Assembly: GCF_006345805.1 (NCBI RefSeq)
Contig: NC_042998.1
Span: 47,244,001 to 47,308,000 of the forward strand
Length of the DNA: 64,000 nt
Direction of reading: 5' to 3'
DNA from: Octopus sinensis
Taxonomy: Eukaryota
The notes under the pieces were generated by a model. It saw only the letters and a program-made list of their open reading frames with translations, did no database searches and was not told the DNA's origin. This document shows positions 53,281 through 64,000 of the stretch, one piece after another; the first letter of the stretch is position 1, and each line of letters opens with the position of its first letter. Both the position numbers and the translations under genes were made by a program.

Positions 53281-53560
53281 GGAGGCACATGGCCTAGTGG
53301 TTAGAGCAGCGAAATTGCGGTCGAGGGAACACGGGTTCGAATCTCAGACCGGGTGATGTGTGTGCTTATGAGCGAAAACACCTAAGCTCCACGTGGATCC
53401 GGCTGAAGGTAATGGTGAAACTTCTGCTGACTCTTTCGCCACAACTTTCTCTCAATCTTTCCTCCTGCATCTTGCAGCTCACCTGTGACGGAGCAGTGTC
53501 CTGTCCAGTTAGGGAGCCTATAAGCCAAGGAAACCGGCATGGCTCGAGAAGGAACAAACA
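53281..53560 (+). mobile_element. tRNA-derived SINE family 3
   Basis: A-box tggcctagtgg, B-box ggttcgaatct; body homologous to 18631-19200. Confidence 0.8.
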
Positions 53561-53769
53561 AATAAATGATATACTTCTTTTTTTTTCATTGATCAGCAAC
53601 TTTTTCAGTCTCTTTTTTTTGTGCTTTGTAGTGTAATATTTTTTTAGTCTTTAGTTGTTTTTTTTTTCTTTCTTATCAGTAACTAAAAAGAAAGAATTCA
53701 AAAAAAGTAACGTAGCCTATTTAGTTTTCTTCGAAAATGTGTACCGCAGTATAATATTTCAGATATCCG

Positions 53770-54200
53770 AAGCGGCGAGCTGATAGAAACGTTAGCACAT
53801 CGGGCGAAATGCTTAGTGCTATTCGTCTGTCTACACGTTGTTAGTTCAAATGCTGCCGAAGTAGACTTTGCTTTTCATCATTTCGATAAATTAAGTACCA
53901 GTTACGCACTGGGGCCGATGCAATCAACTTAATCTGTTTGTCCTTGTTTGTCCCCTCTATGTTTAGTCCCTTGTGGACAATAAAGAAATAAGAAACGTTA
54001 GCACGTTGGGTAGAATGCTCAGCGGTGTTTCGTTTGTCTTCACCTTCTGAGTTCAAATTCCTCCGCGTTTGACTTTGCCATTCATCCTTTCGGGATTGGT
54101 AAATTAAGTACTAGTTGCGTACTGGGTCGATTACTGGGTCGATCTAATCGACTGCCCCACCTCCCCCATCATTTCGAGCCTTGTGCCTAGAGTAGAAAAG
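53770..54200 (+). mobile_element. Dimeric SINE family 2 (Nin-core) with target-site duplication
   Basis: Same two-core architecture as 29198-29594. TSD aatatttcagata(t/c)cc at 53753-53768 and 54201-54216. Confidence 0.85.
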
Positions 54201-56988
54201 AATATTTCAGATACCCAGCTGAGTATCTGCCGTCTTCAGTTGGGATGGACATACACTGTCACTGTATAATGGCCGCTCCAGTCTCAATTCCGAAGTGACA
54301 CAAGTACGTGACACTAACATACCGAAAAAAAAAACGGTGTAATGCGTATATGTCGTATTTGCTAGGCGATTTCATTTCGCCTAGATCTGAATACGGCTTT
54401 AAAGAAATTTCTTCTAGCTTTTCAACGATACACATACTTTAAGTGTGTCACAGAGATAAATATTTTACTCTAGAGCTGCTTCTGTCGCATAAATCGAATG
54501 TCATTCAGCCTAAGCAGTGTCATTGTAAACTAATCTATTGTTTACATATGTCTATATATACTTCAGACTAGCGGATTCGACCTCTTTTAGGGAGCGACAC
54601 GAGTACGTGAATGTGACATGCTGCAATATTGGCAAAGTTCACATCTACTGCTCTCGCGGTCACTTCCGGGGTGGTATCGTTTAACCTAGTTCTGAAGTAT
54701 ATTGTGATTTTTAACACAAATACAGCTATAATTTTTTTTTTTTAGCAGATGAAAACTGCAACTTCTGGCAGTATATGACATAACATTCGTTGTGTCATAT
54801 AGATAATGATTATACATTTTCATATCTTAAAATAAGAAGTTGCTTTGGCACGAAGTCAACAAATGAAGTCTGTTCGCTTCGAATTTATCTACACAACAAA
54901 TATAGTGGTTTCTCTGGTCTTGGCAAAGCTCTTTTGTGGTGGGAAAGCTCTTAAGCTTGAATGTGGAATCGATACTGCTTCTTCGGTTTGGATTCCTTCA
55001 CTACAAACATATTAAATACAAACTAAAACATAACGTAAAAGTTAAACAGGTTTCATGAACATGCATGTGTGGGAGAATTAAACTGAATTCATATGATATT
55101 TAGTTGCGTATGTGTATATATGTACTTATATACATATGCACATACACATTTTGTGTATATATATATGTGTGTGCCAAATAGTATACGTATATAGGTGTAG
55201 ATAAGAAACCGTGTTATAGAGAGGGGAAGGCAATGTTATATAGAATTTGCATCAGAAATCCGGTTGAAATCGTGTTAGGATGGTCACATCTGTTTGTTGT
55301 AGCGGAATTTAGCGAACTCACAACAGGATATAATCATCTGGACGGATTTTGTTTTAATAAATGATCCTAAATCTTTTTCTTCAAATTGTTTCTGAAGTTT
55401 TATCATTTATTTATTTACTTCAAGTTAATCTTTTATTTCTATCTCTCCGTTTTCTGAATCTACTTCCTAACTTTTCACTCCTTTCTTCCAATATATCTAT
55501 AATTTTCTTTCTTTCTTTTTCTCACTGTCGTATTCACTTTATCTTTGTAATTTTAGTAGCTTTTATTAATCCCAAAGGATAGCAATAGGTTACCTAAAAA
55601 TAGCAATATCGTTACCAATCATATAGCATCAAAGTATCTGAAACGAAAACTTAAGCGTGTGCACATGTCATAAAAATGTGAAATCTCCTTTAGCCAATAA
55701 TGATGGTTTAAACTACATAAGCATACACGCATACACACACAGCCCCATATACAGAAGCACACATACACCATGTGTGTGTGTGCGTGCATGTATGTGTGTA
55801 TGTGTGAATTTGTGTGCGTGTGTATACATACACGTATACTCTTGTAAATACACGAACATACACACACAAATACACTTTGATATCTTTACATTTAACGACA
55901 TTTCTTTATTTAATTTGTAAGTCAACCTATTAACAAAATAAGAAGTCGTATAAAGAAAAAACAATAATAATAACAACGATAATCTGAGATCTTTATAACT
56001 TTAACTGGTAACAAAACAAATTAAAAATATCAAAACCATACTTAAGTACGTGTCCTATTTTCTTTGGCAGTAATTGTAAATGTTAATCACAACCTTCAGT
56101 GTGAAATTGTAGCATTAAAAATAAAAAAAAAACTATAAAAAACAGTAATGACACAAAATATAAGAACAGCAACAATAACATACATCACATATGATAAAAA
56201 AAAATAACAATGTTAACTAGGACGGTTTATATTTTTAAATGAAAATAGCTGGTGTTTAGGTTTAAGCACACGTCATTGATTTGGTTATTCTTTACTAGTG
56301 ATAAAGTGTTGTCAGCTGGCGCGCTTTCGATGTTTAACACCATGTAGGATAATGGTTTACAGGCGGGCTTTTCAGTTGATACCTCAATAATAACAACACT
56401 GACAACAGACCAACACTACTGGTGGCTTTTCATTTGTTGTTGAAAGGAAACTCAAGTGACCGTAATGTATATTGATCTCTAACAAAGACAATATGGTCGC
56501 ATATTTTTGTAAATACGAAGCAACCCGAATTAAACTTACTCATCATCAAAGGGATTCTACCTGTCAACATATAATTTATTCACGTATAGATTACCTAAGA
56601 CTACTTTGTCTAATATGCACTTCTTCACTAAAAAAACAAAACAAAATAAGAAAAAAGAAACAGAAAACGGTAGGGTTTAATTTGAGACTGATTGTGGTAT
56701 TATTTCCAGTAACTTCGTGTGATCACATTGAGGCTCCCTTATCGGTCCCATAAGGAAGTGATAAATCAGTGTGGTCAAAAATGTCAACAATAACAAGAAA
56801 GTGTCACGACATAACTACAAGATAGATCGTTCATATTTCCAGGACTTGATACGGTGTTTATTTAATTGAACTCATAAAGATGGAAGCAATGTCGATCTCA
56901 CTGTGTCTTTTGTGCAGAACGTTAAGAGTTGGCGATGATTTTGAAGACTATAGCTCTATCGACCTAACTCTCAGATGTCACAAGTAAA

Positions 56989-57280
56989 TATACACTTTCA
57001 TTATTCCCTTGATTGCACTTTTCTCTTCCACTTACGTCCACGTTTCATTATGTAAGCTTCCTAGCGATCTCTTCTCGTCTCTTGCATACAATCTGACAAC
57101 AGCGTGCGTCCACCTGGCACTTGTAAGCCATGCAGCATGTCTCTCTCAACGAGACTCGTGCTTTTGGAATTCCGCAATTTCTTTGTTTACTCCACTCCCT
57201 TATAGAATTACCTCGCAGGGATATGCTCCTGCAGCGATATTCCTAGCATGAACTCATGTTCTGAAAGAACCATGTTAGCA
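56989..57280 (-). mobile_element. RTE-clade LINE 3' end; partial second copy at 58026-58180
   Basis: MLGISLQEHI..SGV..RHAAWLTSARWTHAVVRLYARDEKRSLG resembles the RTE motif GHVAR..RWT..EWYPR..KRPxGRP. Confidence 0.7.
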
Positions 57281-58937
57281 TGATAGTTCGAGTCACGATC
57301 CAAGATTCGTGTCAATAAAAATTTAATAATCAGTAACTTGGATGTTAGTGGTACCAATTTAAAGCATTGTTCCGCAGATTTATTGTAAAGTAATGTTTTC
57401 AAATAGAACATCGATTAACAAGATGAAAGGTCAACAGTTCAATTTCCTTCACTGACACTGCTTTAAATCAACCGACAGCTCTATAAATTGGTAACATGAA
57501 TAGTTATACTTTACAGATGTAAAGAGCTGAGGCAACCAGAAATTCTTTGTTAGATTTGAGAAATCAGTTCAAAATTATTCTGTTGCTCCCATTATGTACT
57601 GCATGAAGTGCCTAGTATACAACAACTCGTCTGGCAGTAATGAAGTGTCAAGCATAACGATCATTTGCCATTAGTTAGACATTTCGTTCGAATAGATAAG
57701 ATTTTGATAATAGCGAGGAGATATTGCACATAACCCGCAAAAGTAACGTTAGTACAGTTAATTGGGTAGATTGCGTATTCAGAGAACACAAGAAAAGTAA
57801 ATAGATTTTATCCTCAATGGCTTTGATAGAGAAACGGATAGCCGGCAGAGCGGTAAGTGTGCTGGCTGAGGTGAAGTTCATAAGTATTTAAATTGTTACG
57901 ATGCACCAGGAATTGAAGGTTCATCCCGGATTATGTGGGTGGTACTCCATTGAGTGCGTATATGTTATTGCAGAGTGCGATATCAGCGGAAAGAGAAATG
58001 AGTCACCGAATGGTCTTTGTAAAAATACACTTTCATTATTCCCTTGATTGTACTTTTCTCTTCCATTTTTGTACACGTTTCATTATGTAAGCTTCCTAGC
58101 AATCTCCTCCCGTGTCTTGCATACAATCTGACAACTGCGTGCGTCCACCTGGTACTTGTAAGCCATGCAGCATGTCTCTCCCGTGGTAAGATAAACGAAA
58201 AGAAGGAATTGTCATGTCAGCATTTGGTTTTGATGATAACGATAATTACAGTAATATAGAAAGACATTTTGGTAAAAATATTGGTACAAGAACTAACAGG
58301 CTCAGGTTGTTGTTGTCGTCGAATAATCACATGATAATCTTCATTCGAGCAGAGATCTATGATCAAAGATATTTCTTACGCATATTCTTTCGGTTACAGA
58401 GCATTAAAAATTAGCTGAAACACTGCGTCATTAAGTTCATAAATGGTTGATTTTGATTTTAATGATATTTGACTTATTGTTTGTATGCTGAATGACCACG
58501 CTGTGGTTTTACTGTTGCCTCCTACTGGTTAAGGAGAATCTCAAGTTTGATGTTTATTAACAAAAAAAAAGAAACAAAAAAAACAAAGCATTCTATACAC
58601 AACTGTTTTACCTGTCTTAGGACATCTACTACAACCTTCTCAAAGGTAACATCTCTTACTGACTGTGACTGGGACTTGTGATTTGAGAGAATTTCGACTC
58701 CAACGTTTTTGAGGTCATGAGACTACATAGACAATCCGCCATGACTTGTGAAAGTTGATGGTGCAAAGTGGTGGCGGTATGTATGTATGTATGTATGTAT
58801 GTATGTATGTATGTATGTATGTATGTATGTATATATATGTATGTATGTATATATGTATGTATGTATGCATTCATGTATGCATGCATGAATGCATGCATGT
58901 ATGTATGCATGTATGTATGTATGCATGCATGTATGGA

Positions 58938-58971
<34 letters not shown>

Positions 58972-59187
58972 CATATATGCAAGCATGCATGTCATTATGC
59001 AGTTTTTTCATTGAAATTTCAACATCAACCACAAGGTATGTATATATGTATGTATATATGTATGTGTGTATTATGTATGTATGTCTGAATGAATGTATAC
59101 GTGCATATGTGTGCTTTGTTTTATGTATGTATTCTCATGCATTTACCTGCATATCTAGAAATGCACATATATACTTAAATGATGAAC

Positions 59188-59650
59188 GTTTAGAAAGCTT
59201 TACACATTTTTACTGTTCCAGCGATGGATAGTCTTCGAACAGCTTTCTTCTTTCTGGTATTTAGGCAGTGTGTTACATATCCCAGGGCCCCAATAATTCC
59301 AGGTATAAACCTGAACTTGTAATCTGGATAGAGTAACTGCAGATTTCTCAATAGTCCAGCGTAGGTATTCTCTTTTTCAATGATCTTCAACCTTATGTTA
59401 ACATCCGCTGGGCAGTAGATTTCACAACTGTGCACAGTTTCTCCCCCTTGTCCCAAATCATTATATCAGGTCCATTGTGTTTACATTTTATTGAAGTTTT
59501 CATAATAGGGGCATTGCATCAATACTCCTTTTTATTATGAGCGGCAATGACTTCCAACATACTGTGGGTTCTTATTTCTTTGTCCACGGGATTATCCTTT
59601 CGACGGATCTCGTTATACACTGTTATAGCTACAACATCATGTCTCATCAG
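59188..59650 (-). mobile_element. REL-endonuclease fragment of an R4/Dong-like retrotransposon
   Basis: KCKHNGPDIMIWDKGEKLCTVV / CPADVNI...KENTY..L...YPDYKFRFIPGIIGALG. Confidence 0.75.
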
Positions 59651-60085
59651 CAGATATATATATATATATTATCGTTTACTTGTTTCAGTTATTTGACTGC
59701 GGTAATGCTGGGGCACCGTCTTACAGAGTTTAGTCAAACAAATCGACTCCAGGACGTTTCATAGCCTAGTACTTGGTCTATCGATCTCTTTTACCGAACA
59801 GTTAAGTTACGTGGACGCAAACTCACCAACACAAAAACAGACACACACACATGCACACACACATACACACACACAAACCTACATGACGGGCTTCTCTCAG
59901 TTTCCGTCCACCAAACCCTCTCACAAGTCTTTGGTCAGCCCGGGGCTATAGTAGAAAACACTTGCTCAAGATGCCACGCAGTGGAACTGAATCGGTAACT
60001 TTGTAGTTGATAAGGAAGCTTCCCACCATTTAGTCATGCCTATGTATATATACACATACATATTTACAAATGCATCTATTTATAG

Positions 60086-60127
<42 letters not shown>

Positions 60128-60240
60128 ATATCTATCTATCTATCTATCTGTCTATCTATCTATCTATCGATCTATCTATCTATCTATCTATCTGTCTATC
60201 TATCTATCTATCGATCTATCTATCTATTTAAGAATCTATA

Positions 60241-60305
<65 letters not shown>

Positions 60306-60819
60306 AAAAAATGAAGTTCGAAAATGCTGCTGTATTATACAATTTTTAATTTTTATATATACATTATAACATGTTTCAGTTCCTGAAATGAACCTTATCA
60401 CAAAAAGTTATATATAAAAAAAGACAGCTCATGCCGTCAAACACAAGAAATTCATTTATAATACACAACGGAGTCAGACATCTTAGAGTTCATGTATAGT
60501 TGATATATAGTTTGAAGTATATGTTCAAAGTGTTCGATGCAGTGGCCCACGGTGGCGACACATATTCAATACAAAAAACAGATCAAAGTGGTGGAAAGCG
60601 GTCAATACAGAAGATTGATGTTTCCGAAAGAGCGAGGAATTCATTTTTACCTTAAGCAATTGTGATGACCCATGGTGGAAGTTCGCTGATATTTATATAA
60701 CTATCTCTGTATATATATATAATATATATCTGTTAATATTTCTTTTATATGTAATTTTCTAGATGGTGTAATTTAATTGTTCATTTTGAATTGATAAAAA
60801 GGTGGTTTTTTCTAATTTA

Positions 60820-60878
<59 letters not shown>

Positions 60879-61451
60879 ATATTTTATATATATATATGTA
60901 TGAATGTATATATATATATATGTGTGTGATGTGTGTATCCATGTGTGTGATTGTGTGTGTGTGTGCGTGTGTGTACCTAAGCGCGCAACGAAACGCACAT
61001 ATGTACATATTTAACTGCTTAAGTATTTGTAAGTGTGTAGGCATTCGCATATTCTTAAACTAACTACGTATATACATAAATATGTGCCTAAGTGTTTATA
61101 TAAGTACAGCCGTGTGTTTCTGATGAGACATAAAAGTATATGTATACACACACACACACACGTACACACGCATATATACACCTGTGTGTGTGTGTGTGTG
61201 AGTGCGTGTGGGTGTGTATGTGTGCGTGTTTGTGTGCGTGTTTGTTTTAATACAGTCATCTTTGTACGTGCGTGCGTGCATGCATGCGTGTAGGTGCTTG
61301 TGCGCCACATCATGTCTAATGAACATCTGGTTGTTATGAAATAGTTATGAAAATAATCATAACAACTAGAAAGGATATATTGACATAAAAAATAAACGAA
61401 AACAATAAGTAAAAATATCCGAGAGGGAGAGAATTTTGAGAGATAGGCAGT

Positions 61452-61808
<357 letters not shown>

Positions 61809-64000
61809 AGGTGTAGAGAAGGTTGGAAAAGGGATGGACAGATAGAATAGAAGAGAAATAAAGGACAGAAGAGGAGGAAACGGTAATGCGATTATGAGTG
61901 AAGGAGGAGTCGAATGAGATACGAAAAAGACAGGGTGTTTGAGACAGAGATATATTATAGGAAACGAGAGACATGTAGAGTGATGGGGACGGAGACAGAG
62001 GAAGAAAGAAAGAGAGAGAAAGAGGGGGAAAGGCGGAGGGAAAGGCGTACTGAAAAATTCAAACAAAAATGCAAAAAGTAAAGGGAAATGAAAATAAAAT
62101 GTGAAGGAAAGCTATAACTGACTGGAAGGATTAAGAAAACATTATTTAAAAAAAAAATTCTCAACTTGGGAAATCAAATTCTGTCTCATTATGAAAAGCA
62201 ATCGTCATCATCATGATTACCAGCATCACAACCATTACTTCTACCATGACCAATAATGTCATTTAGACCACTATCATCACCATCACCACTACTGTCGCAT
62301 TAAATACTTTCCAAGGAAGTGTGCAGTACGTTAGTAATTATGACTCTTTGATACATAGTTAAGAAATAGGTTGCTGTTTTGTTTCGTTTGTTTGTTTTTT
62401 TTTCCATCGCGAAAATGATTCTTAAAAGAATTCTCTCACATTCTTTCATGTATGTGCCTTACATTTCCAGTGTCTTTTATCTTGAAATATAACCTCTACT
62501 TCTTGCAGCACGTCTAACAAGTTTCGGCTGGAATTTGTTCATTCGCCGCGTTGTACGGTCAGGTTGTTAAGGAGATTTGCATCACAATAATCTGGTTTGA
62601 GGTTCGATGCCTTTATTAGGTACCTGGAGTCGGAATCAAAAGACAAAATGTATTTTTTATGCAAAACTGAGATCCTCTCTGTAGGGCTGCAAATCAAAAT
62701 GCTCCAATGAGATCCTATAGAGCATATAAAGTTTCCCAGACGTCTACAAGTAATGGCGAATAAAACCTTCGGAACTGAGGTTCTACCCCTGCACAAGGAA
62801 CTTATATCAAAATTCCGATACTTTACTTCGGCAGAAAGAAAGTATCAGAATAACATCGTGATATCGTATGATTATAACATATTTATTAAACGTGATTAAA
62901 GTCATCTAGCTGGCAGAATCCTTAGCAGGCCGGACAAAATGCTTCCCGGATCTTTTTTTCTGCTTTATTTTCTCAGTTCAAATACAGCTGAGGTCGACTT
63001 TGCTTTGTCTTTCGAAATCGATAAAATGAATACCAGTCGAGCACTGGGTCGGTGTAATCGAGACCCCACATCCCGCTTCCCCCAAATTTCTGATCATGCG
63101 CCTACAGCAGAAAGGATGAAAGAGTAATTAATATATGAGAATGTGTCTAGGTTCATTGTAGTTTCAAACCTTAAGGTGGTAGTAAAAACACCTGTGGGCA
63201 GAAGTGTGAAAAAGTGGTGTTGCAATGAGTGCTGCTTCAGATATGCCTGAAAATTATTTTTTGTCAGAAAATCATTGTGAATATGGGTAAAGACAAAACG
63301 AAGCGAAAAGAGAGTGGTTTTTTAAGTGCAAGGATATCTTCAGTGGTGGTGACTGTGGTGGTGGGGAGGATCGGACATACAGCTGCCTCATTCCGGACAT
63401 TAATTAAGGAAATGCCTATAGAATTGTCACTTTCAAGATATTAACTTATGCACACTGGTCGAGTGCTCCATATGCGACACGGATACACATGTAGAGTCAT
63501 ACGTCATTAACTACACGAAGAACACCGAGTGCGGTCAAGGTTTATTTAACTACAGGAGTCAGTTGTTCCATATCTAAATATAAACACATGACCAAAGACT
63601 AGCCTTACACGTTAAAAATCACCAAGATCAATACCAAAAGTAGAACATCGTGGTTATTTCTCTCAGAGCTATAAAACGAAATGCCAAGAATCGTCGTGGA
63701 TCACGATGCAGACTTCATATAACAACTTTATTAGCTCGCCCTAGTAATCGATGAGAAATTAGCAAAGCCCATTGGCTAATCGTACAGCGCCAAATGTATC
63801 ACCACTTATAGTACACACATAGCTTTCAACCTAACTACAGACAAAGAATTTTTGACACAAAATACAAACAAACGGTACTCATGATGGGACACACATTACG
63901 CGACAAAATATACTTTCTTCACTTGTGAACAATGCTTATTCTCATATGGTTACGAAGGCCTGAAAGAGTAACAAACCTCCAACGCATTCTCTTATTCGAA

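Noticed and set aside
53281-53350. tRNA gene (also 18631-18702)
   Set aside because: A and B boxes are present, but the sequence continues into a SINE body found in multiple copies; these are tRNA-derived SINE heads.
60365-60412. Minus-strand GTGATAA-ggttc..gaact-GAAAC-at-GTT
   Set aside because: Two core mismatches and no convincing stem I; kept only as a weak trace.

Overview
AT-rich, microsatellite-saturated eukaryotic non-coding DNA (intergenic or intronic). The repeat repertoire resembles that of an octopus/coleoid cephalopod; this is an inference, not a database result. No intact host protein-coding gene, rRNA, true tRNA gene or CRISPR array can be supported, and almost all ORFs in the track are microsatellite translations. 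The window contains: decayed non-LTR retrotransposons (Tx1/L1-type 3' ends inside (TCTA)n, two nested R4/Dong-type copies inside (TAA)n, a CR1-type LINE, RTE fragments); a Penelope-like GIY-YIG fragment; mariner and maT remnants; a non-autonomous Helitron; MITE and foldback elements; several tRNA-derived SINE families; and an 18-unit compound tandem array. The main unexpected signal is a set of type I hammerhead ribozyme folds (stem I-CUGANGA-stem II-GAAA-stem III-NUH-stem I) in at least five apparently distinct short, non-coding, microsatellite-flanked elements. These include a perfect 108-bp-arm palindrome with a hammerhead on each strand (9981-10211), an element whose terminal repeats suggest a circular or tandem template (10339-11125), and a hammerhead upstream of a GIY-YIG remnant (46531-47498). 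Together they suggest a Penelope/retrozyme-like family of self-cleaving RNA elements. All folds were derived by eye and none has been tested for activity.
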